Positions 1 through 11,011 are shown, numbered from the stretch's first letter. The stretch: DNA of 46,556 nt from an uncultured Opitutales bacterium (GCA_964499045.1 CAZCJJ010000004.1:1-46556), one strand, 5' to 3'. Made by a program: numbers and translations. The notes: generated by a model from the letters alone, not told the origin.

Positions 1-61
1 GACTTTATAAAAAACAACTTAAACCACTTTTCGCACAATCCGGTGAATTTTTCAGGTTAGA
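1..61 (+). repeat. Partial copy (right arm, cut by the window edge) of the composite palindromic element that is complete at 25742..25991
   Basis: nt 5-61 align by eye with 25935-25991 (TTATAA..AACTTAAACC..TTTCGCACAATCCGGTGAATTTTTCAGGyTAGA). There are a handful of substitutions and one 1-nt indel. Confidence 0.6.
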
Positions 62-65
62 AAAT

Positions 66-91
66 CACGGGCGGGACGTCCGTGCTCCTTT
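66..91 (+). repeat. GC-rich hairpin repeat unit (hairpin followed by GCTCCTTT)
   Basis: ACGGGCG-GGA-CGTCCGT forms a 7-bp stem with one G-T pair, then GCTCCTTT. It is near-identical in reverse orientation to 20010-20035. Confidence 0.6.
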
Positions 92-197
92 CGACTCAGA
101 AAAATCGTCGCAAACAGGCACAATTCTAGCAATTGGAATGCGAAGACACCCCTGGAAATAAAAAAGCCGGCTTTTACTTGATTAATAAAGGAACAAG

Positions 198-223
198 TGT
201 TTACTAATGCCGTCTAGTAAACA
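198..223. promoter_or_regulatory. Perfect 9-8-9 inverted repeat, candidate operator upstream of the small Cys-rich ORF
   Basis: TGTTTACTA(198-206)-N8-TAGTAAACA(215-223), 28 nt upstream of the ATG at 251. It overlaps a possible TTGATT(178-183)-N18-TACTAA promoter. Confidence 0.35.
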
Positions 224-250
224 TGAACACCTAACCGATTAAAATAGCTT

Positions 251-439
251 ATGAAATATACACGTATCCTCATCGCGTCTCTCGCCATCCTCGGCTTTGG
301 CTTTGCCACAGCAGCCGCTTGTTCCTCTCAAAAGAGCTGCTGCAAGGACAAGGGAGCCAAAGAAACCAGTGCTTTCACACTGAATGCCGGTGGCTGCTGC
401 CCCAGTGGTGACAAGTCCGGCGGCAAAGACGAAGCCTGA
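251..439 (+). CDS. Small secreted/lipoprotein-like cysteine-rich peptide (62 aa), function unknown
   Basis: N-terminal signal peptide ending in a lipobox-like ATAAAC. The mature part has CC pairs (SCCKDK, GGCCPSG). A strong intrinsic terminator follows directly. Confidence 0.5.
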   Translation: MKYTRILIASLAILGFGFATAAACSSQKSCCKDKGAKETSAFTLNAGGCCPSGDKSGGKDEA

Positions 440-462
440 TTCCGCCTATTATTTTCTTTCAA

Positions 463-490
463 GGTCCTCCCGGATGGGAGGGCCTTTTTT
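463..490 (+). terminator. Rho-independent terminator after the small ORF
   Basis: GGTCCTCCC-GGAT-GGGAGGGCC stem-loop followed by TTTTTT. Confidence 0.75.
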
Positions 491-557
491 GTGCCCGCTT
501 CTAAAACGGCCACAGCTATAATGCGTACGGACGCCCTTTTGCCCATCAATGCACTTA

Positions 558-583
558 CGTGGGCAAGATGCCCACGCTCCTTT
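558..583 (+). repeat. GC-rich hairpin repeat unit
   Basis: CGTGGGCA-AGA-TGCCCACG (8-bp stem) followed by CTCCTTT. Same unit as 20048-20075. Confidence 0.6.
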
Positions 584-604
584 GCTCTTCCGTTTTTTGT
601 GCCG

Positions 605-1660
605 TCAACGAAATCCGAAAATGAGCCGCAGATCATCCTGTAGCCGATTTCCGAGTGTCACCGCATCCCCCTGTCCAAAAACAAGGGTTCCCCGGCATTG
701 TCCCTCAAAAACACTCCGGTCATAATCAACCAGGGTGACATCACCACTGGTGCGAGTACGAACATCATTTTGGGTCAAGGGTGTCCACTGCTTGGGTAAG
801 CCATACCAAGTATAATCGATATCCCACCCATAAACCCCCTCCACTGGAATCGGACGGGACAGCAACCCGGCGTAACGACGGATGAAATCGGGAACCTCCC
901 GTGTCGCCACCCTTAGCGTAAACGCCGTGGGGAGGGAGCGAACATAGCTGGCGAAGCCCTGAAAATGCCCGGCCCGCACGGTTTCATAAAAATGCAGGGG
1001 ATCCATTCCAATAAGGTTCATGCCATTGTGGGTCCCATGTTGATTCGCACTGCCGAAGCGTTTCCAGTCATACCAGGACTGGAAGTTATCACTTTTACGA
1101 AAGCCAATCTCGAGATGAAGGTGCGCCCGTTCACGGGGAATAGAATAGCCTCCGGCGGAGCGCCCCATGACACCGATTTCCTGTCCCGCCTTCACCTGAT
1201 TGCCGGCACTTAAGCCCGTCGTCACGCGGGCGAGATGGGCATAGAGGGTATGGACCGGAACATCTTCCCCGTCATGCTCGATCACAACATACCTTCCGTA
1301 GCTGCTGTTTCCGGCGACCGTATTCACATAGGCCACCCGGCCAGCCAGCATTGCATAAACCGGGTCCGTTGCTTCCCCCCGGCGATCCCGCCGGAGTGGA
1401 CGTATATCCAGTCCCTCATGAAAACGCCTTCCGCCGTTCCGCACACAGCCGAAGAGCGCCGACTCAAGAATCCCGGAAGCGGTTGGTTGCAAAAGAGGTT
1501 CAATCGGACCGCCCTCAAGAAAGGACCCGTCCGGCGTGGGCCAAAAGATACCGCCGATTTCCGTTTGCGCAGAAAGCGGTACCGCCAAGGAGCCGATCGA
1601 CAAGCCCGCCCACAGACAGGCATTAAAAATAAACCTCAAGGGTCTTCTAAACAGCATCAT
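605..1660 (-). CDS. M23 family metallopeptidase (LytM-like), secreted
   Basis: Signal peptide. HxxxD motif (FHEGLDI) and HxH motif (AHLHLEIG), both typical of M23 peptidases. Confidence 0.85.
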   Translation of the reverse strand: MMLFRRPLRFIFNACLWAGLSIGSLAVPLSAQTEIGGIFWPTPDGSFLEGGPIEPLLQPTASGILESALFGCVRNGGRRFHEGLDIRPLRRDRRGEATDPVYAMLAGRVAYVNTVAGNSSYGRYVVIEHDGEDVPVHTLYAHLARVTTGLSAGNQVKAGQEIGVMGRSAGGYSIPRERAHLHLEIGFRKSDNFQSWYDWKRFGSANQHGTHNGMNLIGMDPLHFYETVRAGHFQGFASYVRSLPTAFTLRVATREVPDFIRRYAGLLSRPIPVEGVYGWDIDYTWYGLPKQWTPLTQNDVRTRTSGDVTLVDYDRSVFEGQCRGTLVFGQGDAVTLGNRLQDDLRLIFGFR

Positions 1661-1677
1661 AAAGCGGATTCGGGCTG

Positions 1678-2181
1678 TCAGTTAAGCCTGCGTTTGATCG
1701 CCTCCACACTCTTCTTCAGGTCGAGCACAAATGTTTCCAGTTCGTCATCCGGAAGATCCATAAACATATAGAGGATGCCGTCGTCTAGAGCACCATCAAA
1801 CTGCCGGGCACCAACCGCTGCCCCGTTGACTTCGAGCACGATGCGGCGTCCCATGGCAGAAACGCTTTGCCGGTAGAGTTCACGGCTGCCGACATCGTCA
1901 AAATGGAAGGCCACAAACAACTGACCATTCTCCGTACGCATGAGTTCAACCTCGTCCACATTCACCTCCAATATCGCGGGCTCGGTGGTGACCGTGAAAC
2001 TCATGCCGCTGTTCGGCAAAGTCATCACTTTGCTCCACGTACCCATTTGGCCAGTTCCACTGGTTTCAACGTAAAAACGCATGCTGTGCTTCGGGTTTTC
2101 CTTATTGCAACCAGCCAATGAGAAAAAGGTGATGCCCAGAGCAAGCATCAGGATGGGTATTCGACGGATGAATGTTTTCAT
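1678..2181 (-). CDS. Hypothetical lipoprotein
   Basis: Signal peptide with lipobox LAGC. Ends 17 nt upstream of the M23 gene, so likely co-transcribed. Confidence 0.6.
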   Translation of the reverse strand: MKTFIRRIPILMLALGITFFSLAGCNKENPKHSMRFYVETSGTGQMGTWSKVMTLPNSGMSFTVTTEPAILEVNVDEVELMRTENGQLFVAFHFDDVGSRELYRQSVSAMGRRIVLEVNGAAVGARQFDGALDDGILYMFMDLPDDELETFVLDLKKSVEAIKRRLN

Positions 2182-2236
2182 AATAAGGATTTCAATCGTT
2201 AAAAGTCTGTCAGTTTACAGCGATTTCCGGACCCAT

Positions 2237-2298
2237 GGAGGCGGTGTAACCCCACCCGCATTGTGGCTTACCAACGGGGGCAGCCCCGCCTCCTTTGG
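2237..2298. repeat. GC-rich inverted repeat ending in CTCCTTTGG, possibly related to the hairpin repeat family
   Basis: GGAGGCGG(2237-2244) pairs with CCGCCTCC(2286-2293). The downstream CGACTCAG also follows the unit at 66-91. Confidence 0.3.
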
Positions 2299-2347
2299 AT
2301 TCCCGACTCAGCCGATTAGAGGAAATATCATTTCAAAATAATTCCGG

Positions 2348-2881
2348 TTAAAGAACAAGGGTATTCAGTTGTTCCTGAATTTTAAGCATTTCGACCGGAT
2401 CCAGTTCCCGGTCCGGAACGGCATAAACTTCTTTGGTGCGGATATGCAGATATTCCTGTTTCCCATTGGAGGGACGCCCCACCGCCCGGATGACCCGCTT
2501 GCGTTCGAGCATCAGAGCCAACACTTGCTGCAACAGCGCCTTCTCCGGGCCCACTTCCTCCTCCCCCGCGAAGAGAGAAAGAAATAATTCCTCGGTTGAG
2601 GCCAGCATCTGCTTCCGGGCTTCTTTTTCCTCCTCATCCCGCTCCTTCACCTCCCGGGTCCATCGCCCGAGAATGGATTCCGGACGGGGAAACTGCTCCA
2701 CCTCCGTTTCGCGCAGGTCAGCCCGCTGAATTTCCGCCGATTCATCCAGAAAAAGAAAACACACAATCCGCTCACCGGGGGAAAAAGCATCACCGGTGAA
2801 AAAGGACTGCCTTGAGGGAGGTTTAATTTGCCATTCCATTTTATTCTCGAAGAGTTCACCGATTCCCATTGTATTTGGCAA
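2348..2881 (-). CDS. Hypothetical protein (177 aa; true start may be an internal Met)
   Basis: Long ORF with a charged central Glu/Lys-rich segment. No recognisable motif. Confidence 0.5.
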   Translation of the reverse strand: MPNTMGIGELFENKMEWQIKPPSRQSFFTGDAFSPGERIVCFLFLDESAEIQRADLRETEVEQFPRPESILGRWTREVKERDEEEKEARKQMLASTEELFLSLFAGEEEVGPEKALLQQVLALMLERKRVIRAVGRPSNGKQEYLHIRTKEVYAVPDRELDPVEMLKIQEQLNTLVL

Positions 2882-2936
2882 GTCTTTGACTCAGCCATCC
2901 AATGCTTCTTTTTCACCGCACCCAACCTTTCCCTTC

Positions 2937-3608
2937 ATGCCACGACTGATTGCCATTGGAGATGTCCACGGATGTGTCCGGGAGCTTGATGATCTGCTCG
3001 AAAAGCTTTCTCCGGACAAAGATGACCAGTTGTATTTCCTCGGGGATCTGATCAATGTCGGGCCAAACAGCCAAGGCGTGCTGGAAAGGATACGAAACCT
3101 ACCCCATGTCCGCTGTCTGCTGGGCAACCATGAACTCCGGCTCTTGCAATACCATCGGGATAAGGATCCGCGTATTCTCAAACCCTACGACCCAAAAACC
3201 TTGAAAACACTGGGAGAAGCGGAGTGGAAACAACTTTCAGAGTTTGAAGAACGCATCCACCTGCCGGAGGTGAATACCCTGCTGGTGCACGGCGGCCTGC
3301 TGCCGGACACCCCTTGGGCAACACAGCCCATCACCCTGATCAGCCAGATACAGGTGATTGACCCACAAACCGGGGCCTGGGGTAAACGAGCCGACATCCC
3401 GGAAGGTACCCCTTGGGCCGACCAGTGGCAAGGCCCGCCCTTTGTTCTCTACGGCCATACCCCCCGCAAGGCCCCCTATCAAAGCCCCTGGGCACTTGGC
3501 ATCGATACCGGTTGTGTTTACGGAGGGCACCTTAGCGCCTGCGACCTGCAGACCCGCACCATCACTCAGGTCAAGGCCCGCAAATGCTACGCCAATAAAA
3601 CAGGGTGA
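2937..3608 (+). CDS. Metallophosphoesterase of the PPP / ApaH-PrpE-like family
   Basis: GDVHGC, GDLINVGP and GNHE motifs. I trimmed the start to ATG 2937 (MPRLIAIGDVHG) so it does not overlap the divergent gene. Confidence 0.8.
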   Translation: MPRLIAIGDVHGCVRELDDLLEKLSPDKDDQLYFLGDLINVGPNSQGVLERIRNLPHVRCLLGNHELRLLQYHRDKDPRILKPYDPKTLKTLGEAEWKQLSEFEERIHLPEVNTLLVHGGLLPDTPWATQPITLISQIQVIDPQTGAWGKRADIPEGTPWADQWQGPPFVLYGHTPRKAPYQSPWALGIDTGCVYGGHLSACDLQTRTITQVKARKCYANKTG

Positions 3609-3873
3609 ATCATCTGACCTGCCAACGTTATCATCTAATTTTTACCCTGCCTGATTGCCTTCTGCCTCAAAGGGTGATTTTGAGAAACAAAAAACTTGAA
3701 AAAAGCCAGAAGATGGCCAGCCTCATCCCCCTTGCGCCAGAGACTGACCGGCGACGGTCCTTCTCCGCAATCCCACCCCTTCAACAGGGTGACCAGCGGT
3801 GAATCCGGCTTCAGGGCTGGAATCACGACCTGCCATCGCAGCGTCCCCGGATTGTGCATCTAACAACAACATC

Positions 3874-4140
3874 ATGTCAGAATCAGTCGATAAAACTCAG
3901 ATCATCTCCAATTACAAAACGCACGAAGGCGACACCGGCTCCTGTGAGGTCCAGGTGGCCCTTCTTTCCGCCAGGATCAATCACCTGACGGATCACCTCC
4001 GCAGCCATCGCAAGGATTTCCATTCCCGCCGCGGACTGATCCAGATGACCAGTCGCCGCCGCAAACTGTTGAATTACCTTAAACGGACAGATCTCACCAA
4101 ATACAACGATCTGATCAAGCGTCTGGGCCTGCGTCGTTAA
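3874..4140 (+). CDS. rpsO: 30S ribosomal protein S15
   Basis: 89 aa starting [11 protein letters not shown], with [19 protein letters not shown] and a KRLGLRR C-terminus. Classical rpsO-pnp synteny. Start trimmed to ATG 3874. Confidence 0.95.
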   Translation: MSESVDKTQIISNYKTHEGDTGSCEVQVALLSARINHLTDHLRSHRKDFHSRRGLIQMTSRRRKLLNYLKRTDLTKYNDLIKRLGLRR

Positions 4141-4184
4141 AAAGATACCAACAGGCCATGCCTTTTGTAGTTTCCCATTTACTG

Positions 4185-4214
4185 GAGCCGTCCCAAAGCT
4201 GGTACGGCTCTTTT
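4185..4214 (+). terminator. Stem-loop plus U-tract between rpsO and pnp (terminator/attenuator)
   Basis: GAGCCGT-N12-ACGGCTC followed by TTTT. Confidence 0.6.
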
Positions 4215-4341
4215 GCTTGAAAAGAAGCATCTGCTCCTCTTCAGGCTCCACACGAAAAACAATCCACGGAATGCCCGCGCTTCCGCGTCCGAACCGCCCG
4301 CTGGCAAACTTAAATAAAGAAGAAAAGAAAGAGATCATACT

Positions 4342-6618
4342 ATGAAACAAGAACATTCCGTAACGGCACAAGACCTCGGAATCACCCTATCCACCGGATC
4401 CATTGCCAAACAGGCAAACGGCTCCGTTACCATCAGTCTCGGTGAAACCACCGTCTTCGTCAGCGTAACCGCAGCGAATACCATGCGGCCCGGCCAGGAC
4501 TTCTTCCCACTCACCGTTGACTACCGCGAAAAATTCTCTGCGGCCGGACGTTTCCCGGGAGGCTACTTCAAGCGCGAAGGCCGTCCTTCTGAAAAAGAAA
4601 TCCTGACTTGCCGCCTGTGCGACCGTCCGCTCCGTCCTCTCTTCCCGAAGGGCTTCCTCAATGAGGTCCAGGTCATCGGGATGCTGTTGACCACCGACCT
4701 GATCAACGAACCGGACGTCCTCATGGTCAACGGCGCCTCCGCCGCCCTGCTGGCCTCCGATATCCCCTGGAACGGGCCGATCGGCTGCGTCCGTGTCGGT
4801 GAGATTGATGGCCAGTTTGTCATCAACCCGACCAATGAGCAAATGTTCGAGTCCACCCTCGATCTCATCTATGTCGGCAATGAAAAGGAAATGATGATGA
4901 TTGAGGGCTCCGCCGACCAGATTCCGGAAGAGCGTTTCATCGAAGCACTGGCATTCGCACACGAAGCCAGCCTCAAAATCATCGCCGCCCAGCGGGAACT
5001 CGCCGCCAAAGTCAACAAGACCAAGCGCGAATTCACCCTGCATAAGGTGACGGACGAAATCCTTGGCCTCTGCCGCGAAAAAATCGGCGAACAACTGCAA
5101 GCCGCCGTTTTCCAGGACAAAAAGCAGGACCGTGAAACTGCGGTAACCGCTTTGCAGGAAGAAGTTTCGGAGTTCATCAAGGAAAAGGTGGGAGAAGAAA
5201 ACTTTGATTCCGCCCAGATCGCCATGGCCTTCGAAGTCCTGCAGGAGGAACTCTATCGTGAAAACATCCTGAAGTCCGGAAAGCGCGTTGATGGACGGGG
5301 TCCGGATGACCTGCGTGCGATCAGCTGCCAAACCAGTGTTCTGCCACGCGTGCATGGATCCTCCATCTTCCAGCGCGGTGAAACCCAAGGTCTGGTTATC
5401 ACCACCCTCGGCACTTCCAAAGATGCCCAGGATCTGGATGGAGTGACTGGCGGCACCCGCTCCAAGTCCTTCATCCTCCACTACAACTTCCCGCCGTTCT
5501 CCGTCGGCGAATGTGGACGATTTGGCTTCACCAGCCGACGTGAAATCGGCCATGGTGCCCTCGCCGAACGCTCGCTCCTCCCGGTTCTGCCAGCAGAAGA
5601 CGAGTTCCCCTACTCCATCCGCCTGGTTTCCGAAATCATGGAATCCAATGGATCCACCTCCATGGCTTCCGTCTGTGGTGGGACCTTGGCACTCATGGAT
5701 GCCGGTGTACCCATCACCGCCCCGGTCGCCGGGATCTCCGTCGGTCTCGTCACCAAACCCAATGAGCAGGGCGAAATCGGCGAATACGTCATCCTGACCG
5801 ATATCATCGGCGCAGAAGACCATTTTGGAGACATGGATTTCAAAATCTGTGGTACCCAGACTGGGATCACCGGTTTCCAGCTGGACCTGAAAATTCAGGG
5901 ACTACCCATGGAAATCGCCAAGAAGGCTATCGCCCAGAACCGCGTGGCACGCACCAAGATTCTGGAAAGTATGGCCGGGGAAATGCCCGCACCGCGCAGC
6001 GAATTGAAAGAGTGTGCTCCGCGTATTGTCACGGTCCAGATTGATCCGGAAAAGATCGGTATGCTGATCGGCCCCGGCGGTAAGAACATCCGTCGGATTA
6101 CCGAAGTCACCGGTGCCCAAATTGATATCAATGAAGACAATTCGGGCCGTGTGATGATCTTCTCCAGCAACGGAGAGTCGCTTGACCGCGCAATACGCGA
6201 GATCGAATTGATCACCAGCGATATCGAACCCGGCAAGTCTTACAAGGGTATCGTCCGCTCGATCAAGGAATTCGGCGTCTTCGTTGAATGCCTGCCGGGC
6301 AAGGAAGGCCTCGTCCACATCTCCGAACTGGCCGACTTCCGAGTCGAAAAGGTTGAGGATGTCTGCAAGCTGGGTGACGAAATCCTGGTCAAGTGCATCG
6401 GAGTCGATGACCGCGGACGGGTCCGCCTCAGCCGCCGGGCCGCATTGGCTGAAGCTCAGGGGATCCCCTATGAGCCACCACCCAAGCCGGAAGGCCGTTC
6501 AGGTGGAGGCCGGGGCCGCGACGATCGTGGGGGCCGTGGACGCGACCGTGATGACCGTGGAGGCCGGGGTCGTGATCGTGGTGACCGCGAACGCAGCCGC
6601 AGACGTGACGACAGCTAA
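4342..6618 (+). CDS. pnp: Polyribonucleotide nucleotidyltransferase (PNPase) with an Arg/Gly/Asp-rich C-terminal tail
   Basis: Two RNase PH-like domains, then KH and S1 ([19 protein letters not shown]). Synteny with rpsO. 48-aa RGG/RD tail. Confidence 0.97.
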   Translation: MKQEHSVTAQDLGITLSTGSIAKQANGSVTISLGETTVFVSVTAANTMRPGQDFFPLTVDYREKFSAAGRFPGGYFKREGRPSEKEILTCRLCDRPLRPLFPKGFLNEVQVIGMLLTTDLINEPDVLMVNGASAALLASDIPWNGPIGCVRVGEIDGQFVINPTNEQMFESTLDLIYVGNEKEMMMIEGSADQIPEERFIEALAFAHEASLKIIAAQRELAAKVNKTKREFTLHKVTDEILGLCREKIGEQLQAAVFQDKKQDRETAVTALQEEVSEFIKEKVGEENFDSAQIAMAFEVLQEELYRENILKSGKRVDGRGPDDLRAISCQTSVLPRVHGSSIFQRGETQGLVITTLGTSKDAQDLDGVTGGTRSKSFILHYNFPPFSVGECGRFGFTSRREIGHGALAERSLLPVLPAEDEFPYSIRLVSEIMESNGSTSMASVCGGTLALMDAGVPITAPVAGISVGLVTKPNEQGEIGEYVILTDIIGAEDHFGDMDFKICGTQTGITGFQLDLKIQGLPMEIAKKAIAQNRVARTKILESMAGEMPAPRSELKECAPRIVTVQIDPEKIGMLIGPGGKNIRRITEVTGAQIDINEDNSGRVMIFSSNGESLDRAIREIELITSDIEPGKSYKGIVRSIKEFGVFVECLPGKEGLVHISELADFRVEKVEDVCKLGDEILVKCIGVDDRGRVRLSRRAALAEAQGIPYEPPPKPEGRSGGGRGRDDRGGRGRDRDDRGGRGRDRGDRERSRRRDDS

Positions 6619-6643
6619 ACAACACTCTTTTTAAACGAAGCAA

Positions 6644-6671
6644 AGTCCGGCCCGATGGCCGGACTTTTTTT
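6644..6671 (+). terminator. Rho-independent terminator after pnp
   Basis: AGTCCGGCC-CGAT-GGCCGGACT followed by a T-run. Confidence 0.8.
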
Positions 6672-6702
6672 GTGCCCTCACCGGAACAGAGCGGAAGCTT
6701 AT

Positions 6703-6734
6703 CCTGCATATCTTGTGAGATAAGCGGGATAGCC
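6703..6734 (+). repeat. 32-nt repeat, second copy at 19917..19948
   Basis: CCyGCATATCTTGTGAGATAAGCGGrATArCC. The 22-nt core is identical in both copies, with 3 mismatches over the full 32 nt. Confidence 0.5.
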
Positions 6735-6881
6735 ATCAGCCACTGTCTCTTATGGCGCAGGACAACTGAGACACCTTGTGCCACTATGGCACCCCTATCA
6801 AGATGCAGAACGAACGAACCACTACGGAAGTAAGCTCGCAAGGTATTAATAACAAACGATTTAAGTTAATAAAAAGCCATT

Positions 6882-6897
6882 TGGCACGAGGATTGCA
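6882..6897 (+). promoter_or_regulatory. Sigma-54-type -24/-12 motif upstream of dnaK
   Basis: TGGCAC-GAGGA-TTGCA matches the TGGCAC-N5-TTGCW consensus exactly. It lies only 16 nt before the dnaK ATG. Confidence 0.35.
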
Positions 6898-6912
6898 TCC
6901 CTTCTGCCAGTT

Positions 6913-8859
6913 ATGAGCAAAGTTTTAGGAATCGATTTAGGAACCACCAACTCCTGTATGGCGGTCATGGAAGCAGGGGAACCTGTGGTTATCCCTAACA
7001 GTGAAGGTGCCCGCACCACGCCATCCATTGTGGCCTTCACCAAATCTGGAGAGCGTCTCGTTGGACAAGCCGCCAAACGCCAGTCCATCACCAACCCGGC
7101 CAATACCATTTTCTCTTCCAAGCGGCTGGTCGGTCGTAAATTCAGCGAAGTTCAAGAGGAAGCCAAACACTTCCCCTTCAGCGTGGTTGAAGGCAAAAAC
7201 GGCGATGCCTGGATTGAATGCAAGGTCGGTGATAAAACCGAACGTTTCGCCCCTGAACAAATTTCCGCTATGGTACTCGGCAAACTGAAAGCCGATGCCG
7301 AAGCCTATTTGGGTGAAAAAATCACTCAGGCGGTCATCACCGTTCCAGCCTATTTCAATGACGCCCAGCGTCAGGCAACCAAGGATGCCGGGTCTATCGC
7401 CGGACTTGATGTTCTCCGTATCATCAATGAGCCCACCGCCGCATCACTCGCCTACGGTCTCGACAAGAAACACGACGAAACCATCGCCGTTTACGACCTC
7501 GGGGGCGGTACCTTTGACATTTCCATTCTCGAAATCGGTGACGGCGTGTTCGAAGTCAAAGCCACCAACGGTGACACCCACCTGGGGGGTGACAACTGGG
7601 ACAGCATCCTGATCAACTGGCTGGCCGACGAATTCAAGCAACAGAACGACAGCAAAGTCAATCTGCTCGCGGACCCGATGGCCAGGCAGCGCTTGAAGGA
7701 AGAGGCTGAAAAGGCGAAAATCGCCCTCTCCTCCGCACAGTCCACCGATATTAATCTGCCCTTTATCACAGCAGACGACACCGGCCCCAAGCACCTCAAC
7801 GTCACCTTGACCCGCTCCAAGCTGGAGCAACTGACGGAAGATCTCGCCCAAAGGACCCTCCTTCCCTGCAACAAGTGTCTGGAAGACGCCGGCCTCTCAC
7901 TGAGCGACATCAATAACCTTGTGCTCGTTGGCGGAATGACCCGCATGCCACGTATCATCGAAGTTGCCAAAAGCTTTGCCGGTAAAGACCCCAACAAGGG
8001 AGTCAACCCGGATGAAGTAGTCGCCATCGGCGCTGCCATTCAAGGAGGGGTACTGAAGGGGGACGTGCGCGATGTGCTCCTGCTCGATGTGACCCCCTTG
8101 ACACTGGCCATTGAAACCGCCGGAGGTGTTGCCACCGCCATGATTGAGCGGAACACCACCATTCCGACTAAGAAGAGTCAGGTCTTTTCCACCTATGCTG
8201 ACAACCAGACTGCGGTGGACATCAAGATTCTGCAAGGCGAACGGCCGATGGCCAACGACAACAAGGTGCTTGGCAACTTCCGTCTCGACGGGATTCCGCC
8301 CGCAGCACGCGGCCTCCCTCAAATCGAAGTCACCTTTGATATTGATGCCAACGGGATCCTTCACGTCAGCGCCAAAGACAAGGGTACAGGCAAGGAACAA
8401 AAGATTTCTATCACCGGAAGCTCAGGGCTCTCCAAGGATGAAGTCGAGCAGCTGAAGCGGGATGCCGAAATCCACGCCGAAGAGGACCTCAAACGCAAGG
8501 AAGCAGTCGAAGCCCGCAACAATCTGGATAATCTGGTCTTCCAAACCGAAAAACAACTCGGTGAGTTGGGTGACAAAATTCCCGCCGACAAGAAGGCTCC
8601 GATTGAAGCCGCCTTGGCTGAGGGTAAAAAGCTGATGGAAAATCAGGATGCCGGTGCGGATGAACTGAAGGCAGCTCTTGAAAAACTGCAGACCGCCTTT
8701 GCCGCCGTTGCTCAGGATATCTACGCCCAGGCCGGAGCCGAAGGCGCAGCCGAACAGGGTGCCGCCGCCGCTGAAGATCCTCAGAACCCAAACCAGAGCA
8801 AGAAGGACAGCGATGTCGTCGATGCCGACTTTGAAGTCGTCGATGATGACAAGAAGTAA
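6913..8859 (+). CDS. dnaK: Molecular chaperone DnaK (Hsp70)
   Basis: [17 protein letters not shown] and full-length Hsp70 architecture. Confidence 0.98.
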   Translation: MSKVLGIDLGTTNSCMAVMEAGEPVVIPNSEGARTTPSIVAFTKSGERLVGQAAKRQSITNPANTIFSSKRLVGRKFSEVQEEAKHFPFSVVEGKNGDAWIECKVGDKTERFAPEQISAMVLGKLKADAEAYLGEKITQAVITVPAYFNDAQRQATKDAGSIAGLDVLRIINEPTAASLAYGLDKKHDETIAVYDLGGGTFDISILEIGDGVFEVKATNGDTHLGGDNWDSILINWLADEFKQQNDSKVNLLADPMARQRLKEEAEKAKIALSSAQSTDINLPFITADDTGPKHLNVTLTRSKLEQLTEDLAQRTLLPCNKCLEDAGLSLSDINNLVLVGGMTRMPRIIEVAKSFAGKDPNKGVNPDEVVAIGAAIQGGVLKGDVRDVLLLDVTPLTLAIETAGGVATAMIERNTTIPTKKSQVFSTYADNQTAVDIKILQGERPMANDNKVLGNFRLDGIPPAARGLPQIEVTFDIDANGILHVSAKDKGTGKEQKISITGSSGLSKDEVEQLKRDAEIHAEEDLKRKEAVEARNNLDNLVFQTEKQLGELGDKIPADKKAPIEAALAEGKKLMENQDAGADELKAALEKLQTAFAAVAQDIYAQAGAEGAAEQGAAAAEDPQNPNQSKKDSDVVDADFEVVDDDKK

Positions 8860-8869
8860 TTTAACCAAA

Positions 8870-8903
8870 GACCGCCCGGAAGATATTTTCCGGACGGTCT
8901 TTT
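8870..8903 (+). terminator. Rho-independent terminator after dnaK
   Basis: GACCGCCCGGAA-GATATT-TTCCGGACGGTC (one bulge) followed by TTTT. Confidence 0.7.
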
Positions 8904-8983
8904 CGTAAAACCAACAACAACAACGCAGCACAGACAAGTTATACTTTTTCCAACCTAATCTGCATAAAGCGAACTAAATAGCT

Positions 8984-9283
8984 ATGAGCAAAAAAAACAA
9001 GATCCAACCTCTCGGTGATCGCGTCCTCGTGAAAGCGGTCGAAGAGAAAGAGCAAACCAAGGGTGGTATTATTATCCCCGACTCCGCCAAAGAGAAGCCT
9101 CAGGAAGCGGAAGTCGTCGCTCTCGGCACCGGTGCCAAGAATGACAAGGGTGAAGTACTTCCCTTCCATGTCAAAGTCGGTGACAAGGTCATCGTCTCGA
9201 AATACGGAGGTACCGAAGTCAAATTTGACGGCGACACCTTTACCCTACTGCGTGAGGACGACATCCTCGCCATAGTCGGCTGA
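8984..9283 (+). CDS. groES: Co-chaperonin GroES
   Basis: [11 protein letters not shown]...[13 protein letters not shown], located immediately upstream of groEL. Confidence 0.97.
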   Translation: MSKKNKIQPLGDRVLVKAVEEKEQTKGGIIIPDSAKEKPQEAEVVALGTGAKNDKGEVLPFHVKVGDKVIVSKYGGTEVKFDGDTFTLLREDDILAIVG

Positions 9284-9313
9284 GGCAACTCAACTTCAAA
9301 CAGTAACCAATAA

Positions 9314-10975
<1,662 letters not shown>

Positions 10976-11011
10976 TCATCGCCTCCAAAGCAACCAAACC
11001 AACTTCATCAC

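Noticed and set aside
125-170. TCTAGCaatTGGAATgCGAAG as a degenerate left end of another copy of the composite element.
   Set aside because: The similarity is patchy (short blocks only) and I could not follow it further. Too weak to call without an alignment tool.
2796-2936. N-terminal extensions suggested by the ORF track. Examples: 2796 for the phosphoesterase, 3799 for rpsO, 11058 for dps, 15822 for hemN, 24905 for the SDR, 27883 for the hydrolase, 36390 for A2, 15636 for clpB.
   Set aside because: These extensions start at TTG/GTG or at distant ATG codons, add non-conserved residues, and in some cases overlap neighbouring genes. Internal ATG codons give canonical N-termini.
4387-5823. 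478-aa ORF antisense to pnp. Similar long antisense ORFs occur at 9557..10525 opposite groEL, 20046..20897 opposite the aldolase, 11624..12304 opposite the secreted protein, and 32087..32866 and 35389..35889 opposite the large repeat proteins.
   Set aside because: They lie opposite genes with unmistakable conserved products, have low-complexity Gly/Asp/Arg-rich translations, and no independent start or RBS context. These are typical shadow ORFs.
8949-8964. TCCAAC-CTAAT-CTGCA upstream of groES as a third sigma-54 site.
   Set aside because: It shares the AAC-N5-CTGCA spacing with the clpB motif but lacks the invariant GG of the -24 element, so it cannot be called a sigma-54 promoter. I record it only as partial similarity.
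8904-8983. Search for a CIRCE (TTAGCACTC-N9-GAGTGCTAA) or HAIR element upstream of groES, and likewise upstream of dnaK.
   Set aside because: I saw no sequence resembling either inverted repeat.
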